Assembly: GCA_013239625.1 (NCBI GenBank)
Contig: MU053379.1
Location: forward strand, 4,769,639-4,833,638
DNA from: Lama guanicoe
Lineage: Eukaryota
Direction of reading: 5' to 3'
DNA length: 64,000 nt
Below, piece by piece: positions 12,243 to 25,500 of the stretch (its first letter is position 1; the number at the start of each line of letters is the position of its first letter). The notes beneath the pieces are model-generated. The model made no database searches, had not been told where the DNA came from, and was given only the letters and a program-made list of their open reading frames with translations. A program made the translations under genes and the position numbers.

Positions 12243-12821
12243 CCCCTGCCTGGCTCGGTTCCCAGCCCCACTTTCTCTCTTAGAACAGAACCCTGGGTTC
12301 TGGGAGGGGGCCGCTCACTGAACCCCCCCCCCCGATGCCCACAGACCCCTTCTCCCTGCCCCTCCCCCACCGCAGCTCCAGCCCCGCGTCCCAGGTGTGT
12401 CGACATCAGGGAGCAGAGGCGGGGCAGGAGGCTCACCTCCTCTTCAGATCCACAGCTTTGTGGTCCCAAGATGCCCACACGGGACCACTGGGCAGAGTGT
12501 CCCTGTCCCGGGAATGTGGCCGGTGTGCGGGACGGGACTCCAGACGGCTCTGTCTCCAGGCCGCCCAGCTCCTGGCTACGCGGGGAGGGACCCTGCGTGA
12601 GGCGGGCGCCCACGTGTTAGGATTTCATTGCCCTCGTTCTATTCTCGCTTGTGCTGAGTCTCTCATCCTGTTTATTCTTTCAGTAAAGTTTGACGTCTGG
12701 TGCTAAAGGCCGGGACTGAGCTCTCCCGCTCCTGCGGTGACGGCTGTCCGCTGGCCCCCGTGGTCGCCTCGCAGCGTGGGCGCCGCCAGATCGCGCTGTA
12801 CGCCTCAGACGAGCACTCACA
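12243..12821 (+). mobile_element. Solo ERV LTR, probably ERVL class (MER74-like)
   Basis: Resembles remembered MER74-type sequence ('cctgcctggctcggttcccagcccc...cttagaacagaaccctgggttctgggagggg'). Has a polyA-like AGTAAA at about 12682, an internal TGGTGCTAAAGGCCGGGA and a terminal ...CACTCACA. Confidence 0.5.
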
Positions 12822-15800
12822 TGTCGGTCACAGCTCCAAGTCGTGGGAAACTCTATTCTGAAGGGGGCGCCGAGCAGTGGTGCAGGCCTTTGGCTCCGGG
12901 TCACGCGTGGCTGGTTCGGCAGGTGCACGGGCGCAGCTGGTGGAGAGCCGAATGCTCAGCTTCCTGGGAAACGCGCTGACCCCCGGGGCCTGCGACAGCC
13001 ACAGCCCAGCCCAGGAGAACGGCCCCTTTCCCGGACCGGCTCCCCTTCCTGAACGAGACCCTCGGGACCTCAGACCTGCTCAGCCTGCCGCCCTCCTTCC
13101 TCAGCACCTACCCTCCGTCCTGTTTTCCCCCAGACGCTCCCGCCCCAGCTTCTCTGCCCTGCGCTCCGTCCCCACGGGCTGATCCCCGTGGACGAGCTGG
13201 TGCGTTGCTGGCTGAGAACGACCGGCGGAGGCGGGAGGTTTGGAGTAGAGAGAAACCAGGTGTTTCCCCTGACGGCCCGGTTCAGGCAGCTGGCTCGGGC
13301 AGTGCCTGTGCTCCTGCGAGGACAGCTCCCGCCAGGGGACCTTCCCCCAGGGCAGCCGGCTTCGTGCCTTCACCCGACCTGGTCTGGCCCGTGGCCCTGC
13401 CCCCCCACCTCCCAGTGCTGCTTCCACGGAAGCCTCTTCGTCTGAACCTCCCGGGGCCAAGCCTGCCCCGGGACTGTTCCCGAACCTCTCTGGGCCCCTG
13501 GCTCCACATCCCATACCTCTGCGGGAGGAGCCCCACCCCGATGCAGTGGCCACAGCCCCGGGCGTCCACTCCAGTCAGGCCCCCTTTGCGCTTACCCCAA
13601 TCCCTCCCCGCCTGTCAGAGAAAGGAACCAGAAAGGGCTGACTTCTTCTTGACCTAGAAGACGCAAACCCTCAGAAACTGTAGGTAGGGGGCTGTCAGTC
13701 TGCGACCCCAGCTTAGCTGAACTGTGGATCCCACCCCACTGGGTTGGCAGGAAACACGCCCCGTTTAATTTGGGGGTGCCTCCTTCAGGAACGTGCTGTG
13801 TCGGGAGCTCCGGGGTCTGGGGTCCAGGCTGCCTGGAAGGGGTCCGCGCCTGGGGAGGGCTCTTGGGCAGCGCTCACCGCCTGCCCCAGCTTCCCCTGCG
13901 GCCCGAGCCCTGTCTTTGCCTTGCACTCATGTCCTCCACGGCCGCAGGAGGGAGGGAGCCTTCTCCATGCCTGCGTGCCCCTCCTGAGCTCAGCCGGCAC
14001 CTCTGCCTCCTAGACCCTGTCCCACCCCATCGGCCCTGGAAACTCTCACTCCTGCTTTGGGCGAGCCCCTCTCTCCTCCCACCTTCTCCCACCCCATTTC
14101 CCCTCTCCATCCACCACCAGCCCTGAGAAATCCTCGGGCTCAGGGCTGTGGACACAAAAGCCAGGAAACCACTCGGGTTCAGCTCCCTCCCTCCCTCTCC
14201 CTCCCTCCCCTGGGGCTCAGAACTGGGGCCCCAGGGTGGTTGGGAAGGGGGACGTTCAGGAGGGGACAACCTTTGGCATGAAGCATCTCAGGAGATCGCC
14301 AAGCCCACCGGGCAGAAACACGACAGCCAGGTGGTCCTGTTCTTGGGGGAAAGGAGCGGGATCCACGCAGGCATGGAGCCCTGGCTTCAGCCCCCGCGGT
14401 GCCCGGCCCTCACTGGGCTGTTTGTCTGCTTTCCCTGAACCGGGGTCTTCTGAATGGACCTTGTGCCAAGAAGGCATCTGGGGAAAAAAAGGTCTCAAGA
14501 TACCCTCAGGCACCTTCTTTTGAGGGCCTTTTCAGACACCATGTATCTTCTTCTCAAAAATAAGGGGCCCCTCTCTGCTGTGGAGGGACCTCACCTCCCC
14601 CACGCTGGCCGCCCACGCCACCACCGTCGTGGACGGAGCCCACCGACTCCCTCCTGGCAGGTGAGCCGGGCCCAGGCTCGGGGCTCCTGCAACCCGTCAG
14701 CCGGGCTGGGAAGTCTGTCTCCCGACACTGAAGACCCCGCAGTGGCCTGGGTGCCGGCTCGGCCCCGATGTAGCACCACGTGAATGGAGAGAGATTTACA
14801 CCTGACAGCACCGGGCGCCAGCCGGCAGCAGCCAATACGCTGCCTCCCGGAAACTGGTCTGTGTGCTCGGCCTTGGCGGGGTGGCCCCGCCCGCCAGGCT
14901 CCCGCGCGATTGACAGACTGAGCGCTTTCTAGTTACTCTTCCTGAGAAAGGTTACTTGGCTGTTTTCCCGCGGACGCCGTGGCACTGGGGTGCGGCTGGG
15001 CAGACGGGGTGCTCACGACAGTCTGGCTCACGCTGGGTGAAGTGGGCGCCCTGCAGGGCGAAGCAGACAGAGGACCGATGACTGGGTTGTTCTCGATGGC
15101 CCCAGGGCGTGGTGTGGGCAGCTGTGAGGGCCCGTCTTGACCTGGAATTTGCATGACAGTCCGCAGCCCACGGGCCGCTCACCTTTACGGCTGGACGTGT
15201 GAGCGCCCCCTTCAGGAGAGGAGCACAGAATGGCTCTCGCCTGCTCTTTGATCGTGTTCACGGGGGAAGTATTTCACGTTCTCTTTGAATGTTTTTGTAC
15301 ATCAATTATGTCTCCATTAAAGAAAGAAAATTTCTGATGATGGAAAAGGGCTAAAAATCTTGCTGATTAAGCCATGCACTCTTCTTATGACATCCTTACC
15401 CTTAATGGAAACATTCTGCATTAATTCAGCCTAAGGCCCTGGTCTCCAGCTCCTCCAGAACCTGGACACCCAGCTAGACCCGCAGCGCTGAAGCGCGGCA
15501 CCAGAACAGCCAAGGTCGCCTCCCCTGCCCTGTGCGCTGCAGAGACACGCTTTCTGCTTCCAGCATCTCAGACGGCCCTGTGAGGACCTCATCCTCGCGA
15601 GGCCAGCGGCTCCAGAGTGGGAACCAGAGGTGCGCCCCACTGCCTGTTGGAGGGGCCCCAGGAGCTGCGTGCAGGGATGTGTGTGCACGGGGTGGAGCTG
15701 AGAAGCTGAATGGCGGGTCCCAGAGATCGGGGAGCCCCTGGGACCGCGGGACCAGCTCCCCGGAGTGGCGGTGACACTGCCAGGGCACAGCAGAGGGTCA

Positions 15801-18800
15801 CTGGTCGGAGCCAGAGCCACATCACAGCCGCCTCCTGCTGGACGGGGCACCCAGAGGGGTCGAGAGGTTCACCCAGGGGCCACACAGGAAGCAGAGGAGG
15901 GACGAGAAACACCTGCTCCTCCCTCCCTTACTCCCTCCCCCTCCCGCCAGAGCCTCCATCATCCAGCCCCGCCCCGACGCGGCTGGCCCAGGGCTGAGGG
16001 AGGGCAGGTCCTGCAGGACAGGGGCAAGGAGAGCAAGGTGGACGGGGCAATCCTGGAGCTGGCCCACTGCCCGCCTCCTCAGATCTCTTAAAGATGAGTC
16101 TCCGGGATGAGGTGTGACAGGTGCGTCATTGTCACTGGTCCCTTCATCAGAATCAGGATTCAGTCTTGCCCCCAACAACCAGCCCTCTCTGCACAGGGCG
16201 GCCGGTGGCTGGCTGCCCGACGGCCCCTCCTCCGTCCCCCGCCTGGGTGGGCCGAGCACTTCTCCCCAACGCGCACCTCTGGCGACACCCAGAGCCCTTC
16301 CTGGCGACACAGAGCACTGACCAGAAGGCCCGCGCATCCGCTGCCTCTCCTCCCTTCTCTGCCCTTGGCACCGCGAGGATGGCTGCTTTCTCGTCAGTCC
16401 TCAGTCCGGGCCCGTCTCACTGCGTCTCTTCTGTCGACCTGTTGAGTGTGGCGGGAACCAGGGGGTGGGCTGTCCTGCAGCCACAGCATTACCGGCCAGG
16501 TCTCCTCGGACTGATCCCGGCCGGTGAGCAGCTCTCAGCAGCAGCGGGTCCACACACGCTTTCTTCCCCAGAAGGTCACCATGCCAGATGCCAGCCCGGT
16601 GGGTGTGCCAGGGACCCAGGTGTGGCTCATGTCCCCACCTGGGGACAGAAAGGTGGAAGCACCAGAGCACAGCGCGGCGAGCAGCCTGAGCTCAGGGCTG
16701 GCCAGCCCCCTGGATCCCAGAGCCCCACCAGTGCCCGCGGCATCCCCTTCGAGGACGGGGGCCCTTCCAGCCATGCAGAACCCACCTCCTTAGAGGGCAG
16801 CTCCCACTAGCGCTCACGGTGCAGCCTCCCTCCCAGTTAAAACGGCGGCCTGGCCCCCCTGCCCTTCCAGCAGGTCTGAGCACGTCAGGAAGGCGGGGGC
16901 GGTGGGGGGACAACTGGGGCCCAATTTGCAGCTCTGTCCCCATTTCCTCCTGAGCCCCACGGGGGAGACCTCCCCACTCTGATTGGAGAGAGGCCGGAAG
17001 GAGAGGCGTCTTGGAGGCCCCATCTGTCCTGGGCACAGTCCACCCTGCAGGAGGCCCGGGGAGGGCAGGGCTGACAGCATCTGGGCAACCGGGCAGGACC
17101 CCTGGGATCCCCGCCGCTTCAGTGCGGTAAGCCTCGCGAAGTGTCCAGGGAAGGGACACAAAATGATTACATTCTCAGTTGTAAATTGACTCTGGGAAGA
17201 TGAAACTTTCAGGGACAGCGTGAGACTAAGCTATGGCTCGTGGGAAACATGATAATTTTTTTCTTTCAAACTTTTATTAAGATGCCTACTCTGTCCTGGG
17301 CCCTTGTGCAGCGGAGAGCTGGTCACGGGGCGCGTGCGTGAGGATGCTCCAGGTTGCGGCAGCCTTTCTTTGATGCAGCCTCTTTCCTAGCGACAGCACC
17401 TCTTCTGTCTGCGGTGGCTTTGCTTTCTTTCCCTTTGTGAGATGTGTCCCTCGACACACGGAAGCATCATGGACATAACGATAACCAAGCTTCGGGGGTA
17501 AAAACCATTTATTCGTTTTATGGGACGTTTGCCGTTTCAACAAGACGCGGCTGGATCTGCAGTGGGACGGGAGGGCAGGGTGACGCCGGGCCGGGCTGGG
17601 CCGGGGCAGGAGGAGACGCCGTCCCAGTACCGCCGGCCCCGTCTCGGCCTGAGGCACCGCCCGGCCCTCCTGCTCCTCCTGCCGCCCTGCCTGTAACTCC
17701 AGCAGGACCTCCCGCCTTCTGGCTTGTCTCCTCTTCCGAGGCGCATCTCAAGCCCCTCTTGGCCAGGAAGTCTGCCCTGAGGGTTATTCCTCTGAGAGTC
17801 TCTTATCTCAGCGCGGAACATTCACGGCTGAAAAAGCCAAGCCAAACAGCACAGGACGACACAGTCTCCTCGCCCCGCCCACAGGCAGCCGGTCCCGGAT
17901 CCTCGCACAGGGCCTGTGCCCACGTGTGTCGTCGGCACGGCGTGGCAGACCTGCTGCCTTCACCTGCATCCTGCAGGGAGCTGCTGGGACGCCCCCAGGG
18001 CTGTCTTTCTGGGGACAGAGAACGCAGGTATCTACCCGGTGACCCCGTCCCTCATTGGTGGTCCTGGGGCGTTGCCTCCTCGGCACTTCAGGAAGCCCCG
18101 CAGGTGCCCAGGGAGCTGGGGCAGGGACGCAGACCCACACAGGTGCAGGCGAGGCCCCGTCAGGACCTGCAGAACTGAGCATCCCAGCTGCAGGCGACCT
18201 CGGACAGGAGCCCGTGGGACGCAGGTGGGCCGTCGACGCGCCTGCCACATCTTCTCAGCCGAGCCAAGCCCGAGTGATGTCCACGCTCCAGGCCCCCGGC
18301 TCACAGGCGCGGCCTGAGCAGCAAACGGCCCTGGAGCTGCAGGAGGCACATGGGCCGCCTCACATGCCCCCGAAAGACCAGTTACGGGGAAACAGATCAC
18401 GCTGTCTGCAGCCCGGCCCCAAGCGTCACTCACTGCGAGCGTTTGCCCAGAAAGCACCTGGACCCCAGACACTCGGAGACAGTGAACAGCGTCGAGCCCA
18501 CGCCCCAGAGGGACTCGGGGAGGGACTCGGGGACAGAGAGGGTCCCGCCTGAGCTGCGCCCTCTGGAGCTCCAAGGGCTGTTTGTGTCAAAATCACGGAT
18601 CCGCGCCCCTTGCTGCGCCGTGGGGAGTTTCCTGTCGGCCCTCAGACCAGCCTGTGCAGCATCTGGGCAGCTCCCCTCGGCTGCTTCTGCAACCTCTGAA
18701 GCCGAGGCGTCAGTGACCTGCTCTGGGGGGCGACCTGTGCAGGAGGGTCCCCGGCTCCTTCCCCTGGCGCTGCTTCTGCAGGCCCGAAGGCCAGCAGCGG

Positions 18801-20929
18801 CCTCTACGTCGGAAGTGACGGGGGAACCGGGACTGGGGAGGCCCAGGCCCCAGCCCAGCTCCTTCCCAGCAGGGCCTGTGGGGACAACAGCGTATTCAGA
18901 AAACTGGCAGGCAGGATGGAGGGTCAGAGGCCAGAGGTCAAGTGGAGTTAGGCCCCAGGCCCCTCGGAGGCTCAGGCAAGAGGTGGCCGAGTCTCCGGGA
19001 CACGGGGACAAGTGGCGGGACTTCTGCCAGGTGAGGGAGCGGCCGTGACACCCCGTCCAGCCTCCAGGCCAGGTTCTGCCCCAGCCTTCCTGGGTTCACG
19101 TCTCTCAGAAAAAGCGTGGTGACGTGCGGTGCTCTGCCTAATGGCAGAGGCGCCTCACAAACTGAGAGACGCCACAGATGCGAGTGGAGCCGTTTCTGTT
19201 TTCCGTCACATAACCAGGCTGCGCTCATCAGCGGGCAACTCAGACAGAAGCGCGTTTGGGAAAGTTTGCCCTTGTCCTTGGTAACACAGCTGCCTGAGGC
19301 CGGGCTGCCTCGGGGCTGAGGCGGACGATTCTCCCGCTGCTGTTGTTCTCATTCTCAAGCGAACAGTCCTCAAACACTGTTAGCAGATGCTGTCACTGAC
19401 CTTGAACTGGACCTGGCATCCAAGCCTGGGCTGCGGCCGGGAGGTGGGCTTCTCCGGGGGCTGCTCTGGGCCAGGCAAACCCTTCACCTGGAGACGCTGG
19501 GAGGCGACCCCAGCCCCCACGGGCGATGTCGGGCGAGCAGCTCAGCCCCTGCTTCTGGGTGGACGGCTGCCTCGGAAGCACTGATGGCCCAGCGCCCAGC
19601 GGGACCAGGCTGAGGTCACACTTCTCCTGAACCACGTCTCTGCCCAGATTCCCTGCCGGATCCCCTCACTCCCTTGCAGGTTCCTCCTGAGAGCCTTCTG
19701 GCTATAAATCTCATGCTCAGGCTGTGTTCCCGGGCAACCGACCTCAGTCAATGCAGAAACGCTTCACTGAGGACCTTCCGCCGAGACGGCAGTGCATGTG
19801 TGTGCACACGAGGTGCACACACTTGCACTGCGGGCGAGGCTGTTTTCCCCAGTCCTGCGACCGGCACGCAGCAGAGCTGGGACCTGAGCCCCGCTCACCA
19901 CGTGGTGTGTAGCTGCCCCTCTCACCGGAAACCAGAGCTCTAGGGTTTTGACCTTGTCTCGGGTGTTGGAGCCCAGGATCGTATGCCTTCAGACCCAGAA
20001 GGGCTGTGCGAGTGTCGCTGGAGCCGCCCCCAGTGCTGGCCATGCGCAGGGACGGCCGGGCCGTCTTTCCCTCCTAGACGCGCGTCTGCACGTGGCCTCC
20101 CGCGGCCGGGGTCCGGGGACCCCGCGTCCCTGCCCGCTCTCCGGTGACATGGGCACGTCCTAACTGGATGCGTGGCCGATCCAGCGGAGAATTCTGATCA
20201 TTAAAGCAGGCTCAGTGAGGTGCCTGTTACAGAGCTCAGACTCGGGGATCTCAGACTGAGGGGACACCCTGCCTCCACCCTGCGGGCTCCGTGTGGGCCG
20301 GGTGGAAGTCGGCCCCAGGGGCAGAGCGCACAGCAGGTAGGGCCCTGGCTCCCGCCGGCCTCCCCTCCAGCCCTCTCCTGCGGGAACTCCCGAGCCTTCC
20401 CAGCCGCCCTCCAGCTTCCACTCTTTTTCCTCCTGAATGAACTGCGAGGAGGGCGAAGGCACGTTCTGCTAATGAAAGTATTTAACTCGGCCTTTTCTCT
20501 CGGCGGTGGGAGCTCCTGAGGGCAAAACTGTACAACAGAGAGGAAATGATTAACAACCTCAATCTGTGTTTCTGAAATTAGACCTCCGAGTATCCGTCTA
20601 CTTCAGAGCTCGGATGGGACCCGCTGAGCAGGGGTGGGACTAATACGGGACGGGAAGGAGCCTTGGCACCAGCTCTGCACGGAGAGGCCAGCGGTGCTGG
20701 GCACCGGCCGCGGCCCGGAGGGAAAGCGACTGCAGCAGAGGAGTGAAAGCACAGCGGAAGGCCCGGGAACACGCAGACCAAGCAGCGCAGGCGGCAGGCC
20801 AGGGGAAGCCGCGCCCACGCGCCAGCTGGCCCGCCCTCGCGGGAGGACAGAGGAACGGGAAGGGACGCCAGCGCGCCCTGCGCCGAGCAGCTGGGAATGC
20901 TCTTGAGTCCATCAGCAAACTTAAAAATC

Positions 20930-22300
20930 ACTATCAAAGTACTGTGGTCACTTTAAATAAACTTTGGCAAGGTGTCTATAAAGTTAATACGGAAAAGAAA
21001 ATATAAGAGAATAGTAAAAACTTCTAAACATCAGTGGTGGTGAGAAAGCTGTCTTACCAGACCTGAGAGCAGCCACACAGTCAGGCCGGGGAGTCGGCGG
21101 CTGACCCGGGCCGCGCTGGGCGGCGAGCCGGAGGGGATGGACCGTCGCGGGAGAGACCTGCGCGCAGACACGCGGGCCGCGGGAGGCCGCGGGGGGAGGT
21201 GAGCCAGTCAGTGCGCTGTACCCCGGAAAACCCGCTCCGTTCCATGGCAGATTAGCAGCGCTGTCAGCCCCAGCCTCCCCGCCAGCTTACGTTATGTGGC
21301 ACCAGGACTCGCAGACACAATGAAGGTCGCAGACCTTGAAGTGGGGAGCGGACCCCCAAACACCTGAGCCCCCAAACCAACCCCTTGAGCCTTTGAAAGC
21401 TGAACTGTCCACCGGGAGAGGCTGAAGGAGGGCGGGGGTGACGTGGTGCTGTTTTAAACAGGGGGAAGGGCCCTGAGACGGAGGAACCGGGGGCAGGAAA
21501 GGTGAGGTGTGTCCTTCCCGAGTCTCCAGGAAGCAGAGGACCCCCACGTCCTGGTCTTGGTCCAGGGAGCCCGCGTCGGACTTCTGGCGACGTGAGCCAG
21601 AAACAGAGTCTTGGTGACTTGTTTCAGCGGCAACAGCAAATGAACACAACTTTGGAAAAGTGAGGTTTCTACCATTCCACGGATAAAAATACATTCTGGA
21701 CTAATTAATGAGCCAAATTCAACAAAACATCTGGTCCGACAGTTACAAACGCGGCGTCTGTGAGATGTGTGTGGCGGGCTGGGAGGGGCTGAAAGCGGAT
21801 TCAGCAGAATGTGCGTCCGTCCCTCGAAGTGCAGACCGCCCTCCGAGCTCACAGAAACCCAGAAGCGAGAAAACAGAAAGATGCGAACCTTGCTTCAAAA
21901 ACATTAAGACGTTCTGAAGGACAAAACAAAAGCAACACGTAGTCTGGCACATGCAACTGTCAAAGTGGTTTCTGACATGTGTCACTGGCAGAGGGGTAGA
22001 ACCTTTATCACAGAAAAATGACACTGCAGCATGCAAGAAAAGTCACAGGCGCCAGGTGGAAAACAATCGCGCAGCCTGAGACCAGGAAATTCCCAGAACA
22101 CACGGTTCCAGTGGCCAGCGAGGGCAGAGGAAAAGTGAGACCCGCGGAACAGCAATGACACTGATGGCCACACGTCGTCCGTCAGATCGGCAGAGCTTTC
22201 AAATGTAGGAACGGTTAAGATCAAACACTTCATAAAGATTTTCCTGTTTTCCTTCATAGTGTGTAAATGTATGAAGTACATGAGAGCGAAATGAAGTAAA
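20930..22300 (+). mobile_element. Decayed L1 ORF2 fragment split by an MLT1 LTR
   Basis: 'ctttggcaaggtgtctataaagttaatacggaaaag...agaatagtaaaaac' and the downstream A-rich stretch (21850-22100) parallel the post-RT region of L1 ORF2. Confidence 0.55.
21285..21648 (+). mobile_element. MaLR LTR (MLT1C/D-like)
   Basis: Begins 'ttatgtggcaccaggactcgcagacacaatgaaggtcgcagaccttgaagtggggag' and ends with the typical 'ggtgacttgtttcagcggcaacagcaaatgaacaca'. Confidence 0.7.
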
Positions 22301-22379
22301 ATGTTTCTGTCTCTAGCTTGTCCCTTGCTTGCGTGAACCCTGATTTTTCACTTTTCCTTCCATGACACCAGATAAACAT

Positions 22380-22552
22380 ATGTGCAGATGCACACACACA
22401 TGTGCACACTCACGTATACATGTACACGCGCACACACGCACACGTGCATGGTCATGCTTGCACACACAGATGCGCACATGCATGTGAACACGCGGTCACA
22501 CACAAGGTCACACACAGTCACACACACACCCACTCACACACTCACACGCACA
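22380..22552. repeat. Degenerate (CA)n/purine-pyrimidine repeat
   Basis: Directly visible. Confidence 0.85.
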
Positions 22553-25500
22553 CCACTCCCAAGGCCTCACCCCACCCCCTTTACCGCGCTGGCTCCCTGC
22601 TCTCCCGCCACCCTTGCTCTGTCCGCGTTCCAGGCCGTCTGCCAGCCTCACTCAGATTTATCTTGAGAGAAGTCCAACCCTAACCCACTTTCCCAGGGCG
22701 GGTCTTGGGGGAACGACAGCTCCGATGTAGGACAAGCCGGCTGCTCCGGGGAGACGCCCTGCTTTCCACACAGGCCGTCCTCTGCTCAGCCTGATGGAGC
22801 CCGTGGTTCAGAAAGGGGCCCCCCGCTGCCACGCTCAAAGGGCAAGGGCGGGGCGGGGCTGTGGGCCCCGGGGCCTGGGCACAGGGACTGTCCACAGGTC
22901 TCGAAAAGTGAGGGGTGGTTGGAATTGGTAAGGGGGCTGATGAAGCGGCCTTGGCCTGGTGGGTGCAGCACCCGGGGTCTGGAAGGAGTCCTGGGCGGAG
23001 TCTCTGCCGGGCCTCAGGGAGCAGGCGCCTGCACAGCGTCCTGTCTGCTTCCTCACGTGCTGCTCTCAGCACCAGGCGGCGCGGGGGCCAGAAATCCTGC
23101 TGGTCTCAGTTCTCAGCATTGCTCAGAAGGAAGGCAAGCTGGACTCCACACAGAAGGAGTCCCTTTGGGAAGGGCTGGGTGGAAATCCGCCCCTTCACGA
23201 GGGAAGACCAGAGCAGACAGTGGCCCCCACAGTCACCCCGGGAGCAGGTGGGACAGCTTCCGTGCCCCTCGGAGCTAGCTGCTGGTTTTTATTTTAATGT
23301 TAAACCCCTGCACGATTTATAACACAACTCATATATTAGGCACAGTTTAATGAATCAATCTGATATTTTTGCGAAAAGCGAGACATACTAAGAATATGAA
23401 CGTATTAGTGAATCAAATGATTTGTTCCAAACAATACGACACTGTGATGCCACATCTAATTAGAGATTAAAATCAGGAAGCTGATTAGAGACAACAGACA
23501 GACAGGTTGGTAGTTGTTCCGTGTGTACAAGGTGGTGGGCCAAGCGGACACGCAGCGACCGGTGCAGGACGGCGCTTTGCCGAGGGAGAGCGGGAGCGGA
23601 GGAGAGCCTGCGGCCACGGGCTCTCCCGGGGCCTCACCTGAGCCCAACCAGAAGGGCCAGCGTGTGATGGCACAGCTCCGAACTGGACTGGGGAGGTTGC
23701 GGTGAATGCTCTCTCCAAATCCAGCCACGGCAACAACTCACTAACCGCCTGCCCGAGCCCGGACCCCAAGTCGAGCATCTTGGTTCAGTTCCTTAGCCGC
23801 TACGTTCATGGTGAAATAAAGTCGAATCATCTTTTGGGAAGAACTTTAACATCATGAAAATGGACATGGACCATGAAGCTACGTGGAAATGAAACACATT
23901 GTCTGCAAGTGTGCTCGTGACTTCAAGTATTTTAAACCAAATGTGCAATGAAATAGCTCTTGCGGGGAGCCCACTGGTCTGTGCAGAGGCTCCCCCAGCG
24001 GTGGGCGGGGCCGTGCGGGCCGCACAGGAGCCGAGCCAGGACGCTGTCCCCCTCCTGGCCCCCGTCCCCTCCCTCGGCGACCCTGCACAGCACGTCTCTC
24101 TTCGCTTTGGGTCTTCCTGGTTTTGTCTCCCCCACCCCCAGCCTCCCAGATTATCAGCCCTTTCCAGGCAGAGGCTGGTGTCACCATCTCCTCTGTGGCA
24201 TCTAAGGAGATACCTGGGCCTCCATCAGCAGGGGAGTGACCTGCGTCCCCCACCTGCCCGCCGACCCAGAGGAAGACGCTTCCTGTGGGTTCAGACCCCA
24301 CCTCCTGGAGCCGCAGTTCCCCGACCACTCGGACTCCCTGCGGGAGAAAGTCCAGGACTGGCCACCCCTGCAGAAGGGGGGCCCCCTGGGGAAGGAGACA
24401 GGGAGGTCCTCTGGAAAACGGAAGTCGTCCGGGCAACTGACATTCAGCAGGTCCCCTGGGGATTCATTTTCTAAATGGCTTCTAATTTCCTGAGTGTTTT
24501 GTCCTTTTCTCTCCTGTATTCAGGCACCCAGTGAGCAGGACTCTGTGCCATAAATTTCTGACATTCCCTCCCGGGCAAAATCCTCTAATTATAAAGCACC
24601 ACTCTCCCCGAGAACCAAAGGAAAGAGTAAATTACTTCACCTTTGTTTCCACCACTGGCCCCCGGGCCGGCTGTCTTCTGCTCCCCGCAGCGCCAGGCCC
24701 GCCCCTTCTCACTATCCGCAGCCTGTGCGGGGCGCCCCGCGCTCCCCTGCAGCCTGGGGTCGGGGCCTCTGCCTCCCCATGGGCACCGCCTTGTCCCTCA
24801 CAGAAGGTCAAAGAAGCTGAGGTGTGGATCCGCACTCCCACCAGCCCTGGCAGCCAGAGGCCAGCAGCCTCTTAGACCCCGACCGCCGGGGAGAATCCTG
24901 CCAGGAGTTCCCAAGCTGCCCTCAGGCTACTTGGACCGACAGGACGGCCACAGAGGACGGAGGGTTTAAAGCACGCTGGTGCGCGTGACCCAGAGCTTTG
25001 CACATGTGGTGCCAAGTCCTCCTCCCCATGTGACGAAGAGACGGTCACTGCGCCCATCGCACACTTAGGACCTGAGGCCTGGAGGGGCCAAGTGCTTGCC
25101 CAGGGTCTGTCTCTCTCTTCACAGACACACCTGCATGCATGCAAGCACACACGCGCACACGGGCGCACACACGCAGTCGCTAAGCCCAGAGCCCTCTTTC
25201 CCAGGCGCAGGAAGACGTGCCGCAGCGGCCTCAGCTGCCGGGGCTCAGAGGTTCGAACCGGCCAAAACTCCGTCCACGGCGGTGGGCAGCGGGCGTGAGG
25301 GTTTCCCTGGAGGCTACTGGGGACTCGGTTGAGGCTTGAACCCCAGGTGTCTTGGGCAGGTTCTCCCAGAGTCACACCCCGAGGTGGGACCCAGGGGCGA
25401 GTGACTGATGACAGAAGACGTCCCGGTTGGGTCAGGAGGAGCAGGAGAGGGGATGGGGAGGGAGGCGGTCACACCGGGGCAGGACCTCAGGACAGTCCCA

